Part shown: piece by piece, positions 34,603 through 46,366 of the stretch | How the letters are laid out: each line of letters starts with the position of its first letter | How positions within the stretch are numbered: the first letter of the stretch is position 1 | Source: Omnitrophica bacterium RIFCSPHIGHO2_02_FULL_51_18 | GTDB taxonomy: Bacteria > Omnitrophota > Gorgyraeia > 2-02-FULL-51-18 | Direction of reading: 5' to 3' | Assembly: GCA_001804125.1 (NCBI GenBank) | Contig: MHFI01000036.1 | Span: 94,785 to 158,784, forward strand | DNA length: 64,000 bases | Notes under the pieces: generated by a model | What the model saw: the letters and a program-made list of their open reading frames with translations, nothing else | Databases searched by the model: none | What the model was told of the DNA's origin: nothing | Program-made: the position numbers and the translations under genes

Positions 34603-34953
34603 TCATTCTTCTTTTTCCTTCTTTATCTGTTTCAGGATCTCGTCGATGCGGGAACTGTTTTCGATCGACCGGTCGAGCTCGAATTTGATTTCCATCGCAT
34701 ATTTCATGTTGATCCGCTCGACCGCAAGCCTTCGGATCGCGCGCATATTTTCGACAAGTGCGGCTTGGGTTTCTTTGACTTTTTCTTCTTCGCCCAACAC
34801 GCTGTAAAATACCTTCGCGTACCGCAGATCATGGGTCAGTTCTATGCGGGTGATCGTGATAAAACCCATGCGCGGATCATTTAGATCCTGCAGTAAAATC
34901 ATGCTGATGATTTTTCTCAGCTCTTCGGCTACTTGTTCCGATCGTTGCGACAT
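34603..34953 (-). CDS. rbfA: Ribosome-binding factor A
   Basis: R...VAE, DPRMGFITITRIELT.DL..AKV, F..D.S; AGGAG upstream. Confidence 0.95.
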   Translation of the reverse strand: MSQRSEQVAEELRKIISMILLQDLNDPRMGFITITRIELTHDLRYAKVFYSVLGEEEKVKETQAALVENMRAIRRLAVERINMKYAMEIKFELDRSIENSSRIDEILKQIKKEKEE

Positions 34954-34969
34954 ATTCAACTCCTACCGT

Positions 34970-35022
34970 GTCATCCCCGCGAAAGCGGGGATCGACATGA
35001 TTCCCGCGTACGCGGGAATGAC
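34970..35022. repeat. Inverted pair of dRS3-like palindromes
   Basis: GTCATCCCCGCGAAAGCGGGGATC and GATTCCCGCGTACGCGGGAATGAC. Confidence 0.85.
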
Positions 35023-35026
35023 AGTG

Positions 35027-35950
35027 CTACGGTCTGGGATGAAACTTCTGGTGGATCGACTTAAGCCTCGAACGTTCGACGTGCGTGTAAATTTGAGTCG
35101 TCGCGATATCCGAGTGCCCCAAAAGTTCCTGCACCACGCGCAGGTCCGCGCCGTTTTCCAATAGGTGCGTCGCAAAGGAGTGCCTCAAAATGTGCGGGTA
35201 GACCTTTTTCTTGAGGCGCGCGGATTCCGCGTATTTTTTGAGCAGGCTCCATACGCTCACGCGGGACATGCGCCGTCCGAGACGCGTCACAAACAGCGCT
35301 TCTTCCGCGCGGCCCTTAAGCCACCGGGGCCTCACGCGCGACAAGTAGCGCGCGACGCTTTTTCTGGCGGCCGCGCCGATCGGAACTATCCTTTCCTTGC
35401 CGCCTTTGCCAAGCACCCGCAAATAACCCTGACCAAAGCTCAAATGCCCGACGTTCAACCGGGTCGCCTCGGTCGCGCGGATTCCGGTGGCATACATGAG
35501 CTCTAAAAGCGCCTGGTCCCGTATCCCTTGGGGTTTACGGAGATTCGGCGCTTTGAGCATTTCCTCCACTTCGGCCACGCTTAAGTATTCGGGCAAGCGC
35601 TTCCAAAGCTTCGGCGCTTCCAGCGCCTCCGTGACGTCTTCCTTCAGCCGCCCTTCTTGCGTCAAAAACCGGTGAAACATCCGGACCGCGACGAGCTCCC
35701 TTGAAACGGAGCCCGGCACGAGCCCTCGTTCGCGCTCCTTCATCAAAAAATTCGTGATTTGGCTGCGCGTCACAAAGCTTAAAGACCGGACTTTAAGCCC
35801 GGAGAGGAACGCGAGGTACCTGCTCAGATCCCTTTCATAGGCCACCAGCGTATTTTTGGACAATCCCTTTTCAATCGAGACGTAATCCAAAAATAACAGA
35901 AGCTCTTCGCTCGCCCCGCCCTTCCGAACTGCTTTTTCTCCATTCTTCAT
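35027..35950 (-). CDS. xerD: Site-specific tyrosine recombinase XerD
   Basis: [56 protein letters not shown]. Confidence 0.96.
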   Translation of the reverse strand: MKNGEKAVRKGGASEELLLFLDYVSIEKGLSKNTLVAYERDLSRYLAFLSGLKVRSLSFVTRSQITNFLMKERERGLVPGSVSRELVAVRMFHRFLTQEGRLKEDVTEALEAPKLWKRLPEYLSVAEVEEMLKAPNLRKPQGIRDQALLELMYATGIRATEATRLNVGHLSFGQGYLRVLGKGGKERIVPIGAAARKSVARYLSRVRPRWLKGRAEEALFVTRLGRRMSRVSVWSLLKKYAESARLKKKVYPHILRHSFATHLLENGADLRVVQELLGHSDIATTQIYTHVERSRLKSIHQKFHPRP

Positions 35951-35977
35951 AATTTTTACGCCTTTGGAAGGGCGGGG
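35914..35977. mobile_element. Junction mini-element (12-bp TIR CCCCGCCCTTCC) containing the xerD start
   Basis: Perfect 12-bp TIRs starting immediately after the upstream TAA. Confidence 0.65.
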
Positions 35978-36508
35978 TTAAGGCGTGGAATTCGTATGGG
36001 GCGTTCCTAAGTCGACGATCTCGGGCACCAGCTTGTTTTTTACTTTGTCGTAATAAAAATTATTTGACACGATCCTTTTGATCTTTTCAAGCTCCACCCG
36101 CACGCCGCCTTCTTCGGAGGAAGTGATCGTGCCTTCCTCAAGCCGCTTGGCAATCTTCGTCAGGGAGTCCAGATAAGGCTTAAGTTCGGCCTGCGTTTCC
36201 GGGATAAGGTACCGGTTCAGTTCCGTCAATTGCCCATAAGTTTCCTGGGCGCAGCGCGCCACCTTCTTCGAGTTACCGCCCAATTGATTCACGAGCTCGT
36301 CATGCCAGCTCTTCCATAGCGTGAAATGAGTCTTGTAATAATAATCGTTGGAATATTTTTTCTGGTACGGCCCCTCTTCCAGATACACCGCGGCCGCAAT
36401 GTGCTTCGGCTCCTTCTTCTTGCGTGTGAATTTTCTCTGAACGGTCGCGCAACCTGCCAAATCCATCGCGAGTGTCAGAATAAAAAAATACGTTAGAAAT
36501 CTTTTCAT
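35978..36508 (-). CDS. Hypothetical lipoprotein
   Basis: Lipobox-like LAGC after a hydrophobic stretch; basic RKFTRKKK; SD AAGGGGA. Confidence 0.8.
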   Translation of the reverse strand: MKRFLTYFFILTLAMDLAGCATVQRKFTRKKKEPKHIAAAVYLEEGPYQKKYSNDYYYKTHFTLWKSWHDELVNQLGGNSKKVARCAQETYGQLTELNRYLIPETQAELKPYLDSLTKIAKRLEEGTITSSEEGGVRVELEKIKRIVSNNFYYDKVKNKLVPEIVDLGTPHTNSTP

Positions 36509-36525
36509 ATCATCCCTTATCCGGT

Positions 36526-36638
36526 GTCATTTCGAGCGAAGTCCCGTTAGAAATCACATTTCTAACGGAATGGAGCGAGAAATCTCATCAAGTCGTGTGA
36601 TAAGATCTCTCGGCCGCCAGCGGCGACCTTGAGATGAC
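36526..36638. repeat. GTCA-type REP pair with a nested CCGTTAGAAAT..ATTTCTAACGG hairpin
   Basis: GTCATTTCGAG..GAGATGAC; core near-identical to 53266-53344. Confidence 0.85.
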
Positions 36639-36661
36639 AGAAAACTATCCGTAAGATTTTA

Positions 36662-38981
<2,320 letters not shown>

Positions 38982-39024
38982 GTTTAGGGTTATAAATTAT
39001 AATACAACGTCGGCGAAAGCGTCA

Positions 39025-39209
39025 TTGGTTATTTTCCCGCATTCTCGCGGTTATTCCGCGACCATTTTTTGCAAGTCCCGGGAGCCTCGGCAAAACGGCA
39101 AAAACTCGGGCTGGGCCGCCCTCGGACAATTGCCGTTTTGCCGCTTCCCGGAGGACTTGGCAAAAAATGGTCATGAGCGAAATACCGCTCGAAACGGGAA
39201 AATAACCAA
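39025..39209. repeat. Long imperfect hairpin element, copy B of the ~190-nt family
   Basis: TTGGTTATTTTCCCG/CGGGAAAATAACCAA, GACCATTTTTTGC/GCAAAAAATGGTC, CGGCAAAACGGCAA/TTGCCGTTTTGCCG; same apex as copy A. Confidence 0.85.
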
Positions 39210-39223
39210 ACTACTGATCAGAA

Positions 39224-39417
39224 GAATAGACCCCAACCTTTTTATTCGCATCGCCGCGCTTGTGACTTCGACATAAATCATAAGGGAGACGGCTAAGAGA
39301 AAATTGTCCGAGGCGTCTTTTGGCTAAAAGACGCCGAGTTATTTTCTATTAGCCGAGGGCTCCCATGATTTATGGAGAAGTCACGCGGCATAAGAAGAAA
39401 AAGGTTGGGGTCTATTC
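39224..39417. repeat. Long imperfect hairpin element, copy C (opposite orientation)
   Basis: GAATAGACCCCAACCTTTT/AAAAGGTTGGGGTCTATTC; minus-strand apex AACTCGG..CCTCGGACA. Confidence 0.8.
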
Positions 39418-39431
39418 AGTTGGTCGTTTAA

Positions 39432-39908
39432 CTATGGCCGCGTGGTCTGCTCGTGCCGGAGAAGCCAACCTTTCTTTTTAATGCCAAGCGCGTAGCCGCC
39501 CAAACTTCCGTCGTGACGAATGACGCGATGACACGGAACAATAATCGGGATCGGGTTATCGCCAACAGCGCTTGCCGCGGCTCGAATAGCTTGAGGTTTT
39601 CCGGCACGCCTGGCGATCTCTTTGTAAGAAACTGTGCCGCCGAACGGAATCTTGATTATCTCACTCCAAACTCTTTTCTGGAATGCTGTGCCGTTGAGAC
39701 TGACGGGCAAATTGAATGATTTGCGTCGACCTAAAAAATATTGGGACAACTGCATGGAGCATTTCTTGGACAACAAAGAATGAAATCGTCGAAGCGGCTC
39801 GACACGTTTTTTGGCGGACAGGACCCGTAACGCCGCAAGTCCGCGCTCGTCACAGGTTATTTCAAGAGGTCCGATGGGTGAGCGATAATAAGCGGCAACG
39901 GTCGTCAT
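39432..39908 (-). CDS. ogt: Methylated-DNA--protein-cysteine methyltransferase
   Basis: GT.FQ..VW, IP.G..SY, active site PCHRV. Confidence 0.96.
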   Translation of the reverse strand: MTTVAAYYRSPIGPLEITCDERGLAALRVLSAKKRVEPLRRFHSLLSKKCSMQLSQYFLGRRKSFNLPVSLNGTAFQKRVWSEIIKIPFGGTVSYKEIARRAGKPQAIRAAASAVGDNPIPIIVPCHRVIRHDGSLGGYALGIKKKGWLLRHEQTTRP

Positions 39909-39918
39909 GAGGCCGCCA

Positions 39919-40329
39919 TTATAACTCAGGCAGGATGCTTAAATAAAATGCTTTATCTTTTTTGTGGGTCAGAAGCTCGGCTACGCTTTGTTTGTCCACC
40001 CAGCGGGCTTCCGGATGATCGGGATCCACCGGTTTCAGCGTCTCTTCACTCGTCGTGAAAAGAAATAAATGAATCTTTTTCATCTCCGTCTTGTCATCGC
40101 CGCCCTTTAAACTGATGCGCGGGCGCTCGTAACTACCCAATGACTTTATAAGTTTGAGCTCCCGAACGCCGGTTTCTTCGTAGATCTCTCTTTTGGCGGC
40201 TTCGAGCGCCTCCTCGCCGGGATCGATGTGGCCTTTAGGCAGAGACCAGGAGCGGCCGTGCTGGCTCACGATTAAAACCTGCCCGTTTTTATTCAAAACG
40301 ACGCCGCCCGCGCTTTCGGTGTATTTCAT
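39919..40329 (-). CDS. NUDIX hydrolase
   Basis: SAGGVV, LPKGHIDPGE..LEAAKREIYEETG Nudix box. Confidence 0.93.
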   Translation of the reverse strand: MKYTESAGGVVLNKNGQVLIVSQHGRSWSLPKGHIDPGEEALEAAKREIYEETGVRELKLIKSLGSYERPRISLKGGDDKTEMKKIHLFLFTTSEETLKPVDPDHPEARWVDKQSVAELLTHKKDKAFYLSILPEL

Positions 40330-40344
40330 GAAGGATTTAGAGAA

Positions 40345-42093
40345 TCAGGTGTGTTCGAACGAAGTCTTGGCGACATTATAAACGCTTGGGAACCCGGGAA
40401 TTTGGTAATTGGCGTCGTCGAGTGCCGTGTCGTAACTCCACGCGCGGTTCGGCGCCGTGTAGTAGTTGCCGCCGTAAATCCAGCCGCCGGTCGCCATCTG
40501 GCTGTTAAAGAGCACAATAGTTGAACCGGAGTAAGTTAGGGTTTTGCCGCTCCATCCCTCCAAAAAGCGGGGAAGGTTTTCAAAACCCCCGTTGTAATTG
40601 CCGGGCGTGGTCGTCGTGTTGCCCGCAATGACAGTCGTGTTGACCGTCGTGTTGGAAGCGGTGCGATTTGAAAGCGACATTGCGCTCTTAGCGTCATTCC
40701 AGGCGTTCGAAAGCACATTGAACGAGTCTCCGACGACACCGGCTGGTTGTTTACTCACCGTGTTGAAATCACCTTTCAGATAAATCGGATTCTCGGCTGC
40801 GACCGTGAGGCCTTGGGTCGGAAGCGATGAGCCGTTCTTGAGCCGCACCGCGTCCTGATTCACGGCGGATCCCTGATTGCGGCGGTCACTCACGTAAACA
40901 ATCACGCCGTTCGCTGCGGATGCGATGGATTGAAAATTCGGGCTGCTTTTAAGAAGCGCTACGTCGATGTCCGTCGAAGTGATTGTTTTGGCTTCCCTGA
41001 AATTATAAAAGGTTGTGGAAGTGATGGGATTCACAATCGTTTCCCCTCCGGGGCAACTGCCGGTGTACACGCTGCCGCCCGAGCAATAACGCAATTCCAC
41101 GGAACTGCCGGCCTGGTTCGTCACCGCACCGTCGATAATGCGAAGATGCGCCTTGTAATCGATTTTCTGGGACTGGACCTGCGTGGAATCGCCGGCATCG
41201 CGGCGCTCAATCAACGCATGCGGCTCTGAGCCGGTCGGGAGCGGCAGGTTTAAACTGGACACGCCGTGGAAGCTGGAACTCACATTGCCGTCCCAACGCT
41301 CTTGAGATTCTAACAGCCAGTCGGCGTGAAGGCTGTCCAGCCAAGTGCCGTCGCCGTTTTTCATGTTCTGGTCCGTGCCGCCTCCGTCCTTGATAAATAC
41401 ACCGCCGGCCATAACAGCGCTTGGGTCATCCTTGCGGCCGTGGTAAATATTGCCGGCGGCCGTGAGATCGGAGTTGAAGTTAAGCGTGGCATTCGTGCCC
41501 AGGTACATACTCGCGTTGGAATGCACGGGACCGGCAAACGTCATGCTCGGGCCCGGCAAAATCTCCAGGTCCTCTTGATAAAACACGCCGAATTGAAAGA
41601 TCGGAATAAGCTGGATTTCAATGGCCTGCGTCAGACTCACCGCAGCCGGATGATTTGCCTGCGTATCGCGCCCTACCACCGTAATATTCACCGTTTGGAC
41701 AGTGCCGTTCAAGCCGGCATAATCCCCGTCCGTCAGAACCTTCGTAGTCAGGCCTCCGGAATTCGCGATCGCAAGCGTGCTGTTACCCGAAACGTCCTCA
41801 TAGGAGTAATCACTGCCCGTGTTTATCTGGACGTTGGCCATCACGGCCAGTTCCGCCGGCGTCGGTACGGTGCCGAACTGTTGAATGTGAAATTTGATCT
41901 GTGCAACGGCCCTTTCGGTGACGGCCTCCGCCGTATGGAAAGTCTTCAAATAGTCCTCCTGAGTCCTGATCTGCCTGACCGTATGGGCCGAGTACTGAAA
42001 AAGCCCGGCGATCTGCAGGCCAAAAATGGCGATAAATGAAAGAACGATGGGCAGCACAATCCCGCGCTGACCGCCTCCCCAAAATTTAAGCAT
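40345..42093 (-). CDS. PilX/GspK-like minor pilin with a large C-terminal domain
   Basis: QRG|IVLPIVL prepilin site lacking Glu5, A...AE; G.VHSN; start placed at ATG 42093. Confidence 0.75.
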   Translation of the reverse strand: MLKFWGGGQRGIVLPIVLSFIAIFGLQIAGLFQYSAHTVRQIRTQEDYLKTFHTAEAVTERAVAQIKFHIQQFGTVPTPAELAVMANVQINTGSDYSYEDVSGNSTLAIANSGGLTTKVLTDGDYAGLNGTVQTVNITVVGRDTQANHPAAVSLTQAIEIQLIPIFQFGVFYQEDLEILPGPSMTFAGPVHSNASMYLGTNATLNFNSDLTAAGNIYHGRKDDPSAVMAGGVFIKDGGGTDQNMKNGDGTWLDSLHADWLLESQERWDGNVSSSFHGVSSLNLPLPTGSEPHALIERRDAGDSTQVQSQKIDYKAHLRIIDGAVTNQAGSSVELRYCSGGSVYTGSCPGGETIVNPITSTTFYNFREAKTITSTDIDVALLKSSPNFQSIASAANGVIVYVSDRRNQGSAVNQDAVRLKNGSSLPTQGLTVAAENPIYLKGDFNTVSKQPAGVVGDSFNVLSNAWNDAKSAMSLSNRTASNTTVNTTVIAGNTTTTPGNYNGGFENLPRFLEGWSGKTLTYSGSTIVLFNSQMATGGWIYGGNYYTAPNRAWSYDTALDDANYQIPGFPSVYNVAKTSFEHT

Positions 42094-42682
42094 TACGAAA
42101 CGCCACTTGAGTGGATATGGAGCCATAATGCCACCTCCCTCTAAAATTTTTACCCAGCACCAATCTCACCACGACCGCGTCCGGGGTGGTTTGGGTGAAC
42201 GATAGATTCGTCGTATACTTCGTCGGATCATAAGCCGGTTGTCCGTTTGGATCGAGCAAAATCGACCAGGTGCCGCCGGCCGTACGGCGGTACTCGATAT
42301 TGCCGTTATTCTGCCGTACGCTGTGCTGGATCCCGTCTACATCCATGTAATCAATCTGCGTCGGAGTGATGACCGCCGTCCGGGCCTCCGCAATTCCGCG
42401 GCGGTTTGCGGTTCCAACCACGTTTTTACCCCAAACCATCTGTTCCACCACCTGACGCGCCTTCGTCGTGATTTCAATGTTCGTCGAATATTCATACCCG
42501 GATCTCTCGAGAAGGTAATTGCAGAAGAAAACCGAGCCCAACAGTACGACGGAAAGCGCGCCTGCCACCATCGTCTCGACGAGGGTCATCCCCTTCTCCG
42601 ACCGCAGCCAATTTAAGCGGCAATAAGCGTATCTACGGAGACGGACATCACTTTCGTTCCTCCGAAAACTTTTTGTGTCCAT
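42086..42682 (-). CDS. PilW-like minor pilin (start uncertain)
   Basis: EKG|MTLVE class III signal; C-terminal V.FRN. Confidence 0.75.
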   Translation of the reverse strand: MDTKSFRRNESDVRLRRYAYCRLNWLRSEKGMTLVETMVAGALSVVLLGSVFFCNYLLERSGYEYSTNIEITTKARQVVEQMVWGKNVVGTANRRGIAEARTAVITPTQIDYMDVDGIQHSVRQNNGNIEYRRTAGGTWSILLDPNGQPAYDPTKYTTNLSFTQTTPDAVVVRLVLGKNFRGRWHYGSISTQVAFRNA

Positions 42683-43095
42683 GAAAGCGCCACCCTCACC
42701 GGTAATACCACATCATCGTTCGAGCCGCCCCCGCCGAACGAGTCCACGCTGATCCTGTTCTCAGCTGCATTGCCGTCACCGTCGTAATCCAAAAAATCCC
42801 GGACAGTGACCGTGAGCGTTCCCTGAATGTCATCGGCCGTTCCAAACGTTCCATCGGGTCCGGCATCAAGCGAGACCGTCGTGGTGCTGTTGGCGATTGC
42901 CGTGTAGGCCGTGGCTTTCAGCATTTCGATCTGGCCGCGCACCACCTCCATGGCTTGGATGTGGCGCTTTGACATCATATTCAAGGACTGCACGCCTAAA
43001 TATGCCGCCGTTAGTGCCGCAAAGGAAATGACACTAATCCCAAGCGCAATGACAACCTCCGCCAATGTGAACCCCCTTTTTGAGTAAAGATTCAT
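42613..43095 (-). CDS. PilV-like minor pilin
   Basis: KRG|FTLAE class III signal peptide; start at ATG 43095. Confidence 0.8.
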   Translation of the reverse strand: MNLYSKRGFTLAEVVIALGISVISFAALTAAYLGVQSLNMMSKRHIQAMEVVRGQIEMLKATAYTAIANSTTTVSLDAGPDGTFGTADDIQGTLTVTVRDFLDYDGDGNAAENRISVDSFGGGGSNDDVVLPVRVALSWTQKVFGGTKVMSVSVDTLIAA

Positions 43096-43126
43096 CGTAT
43101 TATTAAGCCAAACCCTCTTTACTTTT

Positions 43127-43155
43127 AGTATACATCGATATCTATGACTTATCAA
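43127..43155 (-). promoter_or_regulatory. sigma70-type promoter of the pilin cluster
   Basis: TTGATA-N17-TATACT. Confidence 0.55.
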
Positions 43156-43265
43156 TGATGGTATAAAAGTAGCTAATTATTAACTTCCTGAGGCGGACCA
43201 GCCTTAGGCTGGCAGCGGGACGCCCCGCCGTATGGCGGGGCGAACCACGTGTGCGGCGATAATTA

Positions 43266-43340
43266 TCGGGATGCAGGGATTTGAACCCTGGACCTCCTGG
43301 TCCCGAACCAGGCGCGCTAGCCAAACTGCGCTACATCCCG
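43266..43340 (-). tRNA. tRNA-Pro (anticodon CGG); CCA not encoded
   Basis: CGGGATG acceptor stem, anticodon arm CCTGG-TTCGGGA-CCAGG, T loop GGTTCAAATCC. Confidence 0.97.
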
Positions 43341-43352
43341 TAAATGCCGTGA

Positions 43353-43748
43353 TTATAATCGAGAGGCGTGCTGATGTAAATCTTTTAAACGAGAACCGCC
43401 CCCCTCTTCCTGCAAAGCCTTGTATATCAAAATCTGGGTTTTCATAGACCGCCGCTCCAGGATCCATTTAAATCCAAAAAGCAGCGTTAAGACCAGAAAT
43501 TGGAAGAAGTAAGGGCGAAAAAGAAAGGACGCTAAAAACATCGTGACGGCCAAGCCCAGCCACAACCCGTTCCACAGCATTTGCCGGGTCAGAGGTTTTT
43601 TAAAGGGGGTAATGGGCTTTCCGCAATGCGGGCAAACCATGCCGCCTTTCATTAAATCCTTGGCTTTTTGCAAAGCCGCCTCCGGCACTTTTTCCGCATC
43701 CACGGCGTTTTCAACGTGCTTTTTGATTATAGAATCCAGCTCATCCAT
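43353..43748 (-). CDS. Small membrane protein with a CPHC knuckle; candidate anti-sigma factor
   Basis: CPHCG followed by two TM segments; directly downstream of an ECF sigma gene. Confidence 0.7.
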   Translation of the reverse strand: MDELDSIIKKHVENAVDAEKVPEAALQKAKDLMKGGMVCPHCGKPITPFKKPLTRQMLWNGLWLGLAVTMFLASFLFRPYFFQFLVLTLLFGFKWILERRSMKTQILIYKALQEEGGGSRLKDLHQHASRL

Positions 43749-43783
43749 AAAATGTTCCTTACTCTACTAGACGACAAGCCACT

Positions 43784-44350
43784 CTATTTCCGTTCATTAA
43801 ATTTAACTTTTATCTTATCTTTTGCTCTTCTAACAACTGTCGAGACCGTGTCTTCCGAAACGCCAAGAATATTTCCTACCTCCCGGAATGTCAGCTCGTC
43901 GAAATAATGAAGCTCCACGCAAGCGCGCTCCTTGGGCGACAGCTCGCCTAAAATGCCCTCAATCATCTCAGATTCTTCCTCGGCGAAAACGCGCGGCGCG
44001 GCGCTCCGGGCCAGGACGCTCTCAGGGACTTCGCCCAACACGACCCTTTTTTCGAAACGTCCTGCCGCTTTTGCTTTGTCAAGCGCCGCATGACAAGACA
44101 TGACACTTAAGAATTTTCGAATGCTCTGGGCACTTTGCAGTTTCTTCAACTCTTCTTTTTCAATGAGCCGTTCAAAGATCTCCTGAAAGATCTCCTGGAT
44201 CAGTTCTTCGCGGTTTGCGAACGCGAACGCCAGAAGCGTCTTCCGGATGCTCCAGTAAATGAGTTTCGAAAACCGCTCCACAAAAAGGTCCCACGCCCTC
44301 TTGTTCTTTTCGATGCACGCTTGAATAAGCTCGGAGTCGTTAAGTTCCAA
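43784..44350 (-). CDS. ECF sigma-70 family factor
   Basis: D.ELI..C.....AW..FV; region 4 LSPKER....L.Y...L.F.EV..ILGVS..TV....RA. Confidence 0.9.
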   Translation of the reverse strand: MELNDSELIQACIEKNKRAWDLFVERFSKLIYWSIRKTLLAFAFANREELIQEIFQEIFERLIEKEELKKLQSAQSIRKFLSVMSCHAALDKAKAAGRFEKRVVLGEVPESVLARSAAPRVFAEEESEMIEGILGELSPKERACVELHYFDELTFREVGNILGVSEDTVSTVVRRAKDKIKVKFNERK

Positions 44351-45149
44351 TCTTTACGTTTTTCAGGATTCTTTCAAGCGTCGCAACCGCCGAGAAAATG
44401 GCCAGGCGGCTGGTTTTGGGGTTTTGCTCAGCGGGAAAATTTTCGGAACGCGTATAAAAGGATCCGAAATCACCCTGCACATAAAGTTCGTGCACGTTGA
44501 CGAGCATGTGGGGACAGGCGATGATCCGCACCTTGGTTCTTTGGGCACCCAGGCCCGCCACGCTCAAAGTCGCGGACACATTGATGTTTTTCGGAAAGCC
44601 CTTGACGGCCGCGGCGGCGTTTCCTTCAAACAACACCTTCTCTTCCTTCAAATTTTTCAAATTAATTTTATGCTTCAGCACATACGGGGCATCGTCAAAT
44701 CCGTGCGGAGGCTTGCGCGTCGTGAGAGTCACGCGATAGATCTTCCCGACCCGTGCGGCCTTCAGGCCGTCGATCCCGACCACGCCGCCGCTGGGGAGGT
44801 ACAGGCAGCAGCGGTGAGTCCTGGCCAGGTCAAACAGCTCTTTCTCTTTACCCAGGATCCCGCCGACGCTCATCACCATCACGTCTTTCCCGATCGAAAG
44901 CGCTTTTTTGGCGATTTCATAAGCCGCCTGCTTCGAAGCGGATTCAATAATCAGGTCGCAGCGCCCGATCAGCTCATCCACCGGGAAGATTTGGGGTTTC
45001 GGGCGCAGTTTTTGCTGCAGTTTTTTGGCGTGTGACGGCTCCTGATCGTCGAGTGCCAGAAGCGTCACCTCGTCTGAAAAACGCCGTTGGCACGCCAGCG
45101 CAAGTTCCTGGCCGATCGTGCCGCAACCGATGATGCCGACCTTTATCAT
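44340..45149 (-). CDS. nadX: L-aspartate dehydrogenase
   Basis: GCGTIG Rossmann motif, MSVG, PSG...G.D, FP.N.NV, N.H, NPKTS. Confidence 0.93.
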   Translation of the reverse strand: MIKVGIIGCGTIGQELALACQRRFSDEVTLLALDDQEPSHAKKLQQKLRPKPQIFPVDELIGRCDLIIESASKQAAYEIAKKALSIGKDVMVMSVGGILGKEKELFDLARTHRCCLYLPSGGVVGIDGLKAARVGKIYRVTLTTRKPPHGFDDAPYVLKHKINLKNLKEEKVLFEGNAAAAVKGFPKNINVSATLSVAGLGAQRTKVRIIACPHMLVNVHELYVQGDFGSFYTRSENFPAEQNPKTSRLAIFSAVATLERILKNVKIGT

Positions 45150-45155
45150 GCGAGC

Positions 45156-45512
45156 CTACCTTTTCCTTTTTATCCTGTTTTTTTCGTCTACAAAAATCAC
45201 CCGGGGCTTGTGGCGTTTGGTTTCGGCGGGCCTCATAAGCGCGTAGGAAATAATGATCACCTTATCCCCCACTTCGGCCCAGCGCGCGGCGGCGCCGTTC
45301 ATGCAAATCGTGCCGGAGCCGGGACGCCCTTCCAGTACGTAAGTCTCGACGCGTGTGCCGTTGTGGAGATTCACGATCTGGACGCGCTCAAAAGAACAAA
45401 TGTTTGACGCCTTTAGAAGCTCCTTATCGATCGTGATGGAGCCGGTGTATTGAAGGTTGGCCTCGGTGACCGTGGCGCCGTGAATCTTGGATTTCATCAG
45501 AATCTTGAGCAT
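45156..45512 (-). CDS. panD: Aspartate 1-decarboxylase
   Basis: KSKIH.ATVT, Y.G|SITID, NG.R.ETY, NGAAAR. Confidence 0.98.
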   Translation of the reverse strand: MLKILMKSKIHGATVTEANLQYTGSITIDKELLKASNICSFERVQIVNLHNGTRVETYVLEGRPGSGTICMNGAAARWAEVGDKVIIISYALMRPAETKRHKPRVIFVDEKNRIKRKR

Positions 45513-45514
45513 GG

Positions 45515-46366
45515 CTAACCCCTTATAAGCACGTTGTCAATCAGCCTGGTTTTACCGAAAAACACGGCGATCGCGGCTAAAATTTTTGAGCCTGGCTTTA
45601 ATCTTATCACAGACTCGAGGCTTTGGGCATCGACAATTTCCAGGTAGTCAAGGCGCGCGTGCGGAGCCAGTTTTAAGATTTCCAGCGCCCGCTGTTTGAG
45701 CTTGGAGGCATCATGAAACCCGGACTTTACAAGCCTTTCCACCTCTTCCAGCGACCGGCGGATAAACGGCGCTTCGCGCCGTTCGGTGCGCGACAAAAAA
45801 ATATTGCGTGAGCTCATAGCCAGACCATCCGCTTCGCGCACGATCGGGGCCGCTTTGACCCGGCACGGAAAATCCATGTCCCTCACCATCTGCTCGATGA
45901 CCCGGAACTGCTGATAATCCTTCTGCCCGAGATACAGCGTCCGGGGCATCACGATGTTCAAAAGCTTCAGCACCCCGGTGGCGACGCCCGTAAAATGGGT
46001 TGGCCGTGCCGCACCGCATAGCGGCCTGGAAAGACGGCTTAAGCTGACGGATGTCTCGAAATCTTCCGGGTAAAATTCTTTGGGCAAAGGGGCAAAAATA
46101 AAATCGGCCTTCTCCTTCTTCAGGAGCCTTGAATCCCGCGCCAAATCTCTCGGGTACCTCCAGAAATCTTCTTTCGGGCCGAACTGAAGCGGATTCACAA
46201 AGATGCTGACCACCACCGCCTTGTTTTCTTCCCGGGCCAAGCGCACCAGCGACAGGTGCCCTTCATGCAGAGAACCCATGGTCGGCACAAAACCGATTTT
46301 CTTATTTTTCTTCCGGAAGGAAACGAGCGCGCCCTTAAGCGCTTCGGAACTTCGAAACGTTTTCAT
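45515..46366 (-). CDS. panC: Pantoate--beta-alanine ligase
   Basis: FVPTMG.LHEGH, SIFVNP.QF, GQKDYQQ, GLAMSSRN, RLIDN. Confidence 0.98.
   Translation of the reverse strand: MKTFRSSEALKGALVSFRKKNKKIGFVPTMGSLHEGHLSLVRLAREENKAVVVSIFVNPLQFGPKEDFWRYPRDLARDSRLLKKEKADFIFAPLPKEFYPEDFETSVSLSRLSRPLCGAARPTHFTGVATGVLKLLNIVMPRTLYLGQKDYQQFRVIEQMVRDMDFPCRVKAAPIVREADGLAMSSRNIFLSRTERREAPFIRRSLEEVERLVKSGFHDASKLKQRALEILKLAPHARLDYLEIVDAQSLESVIRLKPGSKILAAIAVFFGKTRLIDNVLIRG

Noticed and set aside
35027-35950. Tyrosine recombinase as an island integrase or as the mobiliser of the repeats
   Set aside because: Canonical XerD motifs, housekeeping context, no att duplication seen
39432-43340. Genomic island integrated at tRNA-Pro
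   Set aside because: No integrase and no duplicated tRNA 3' end found by eye
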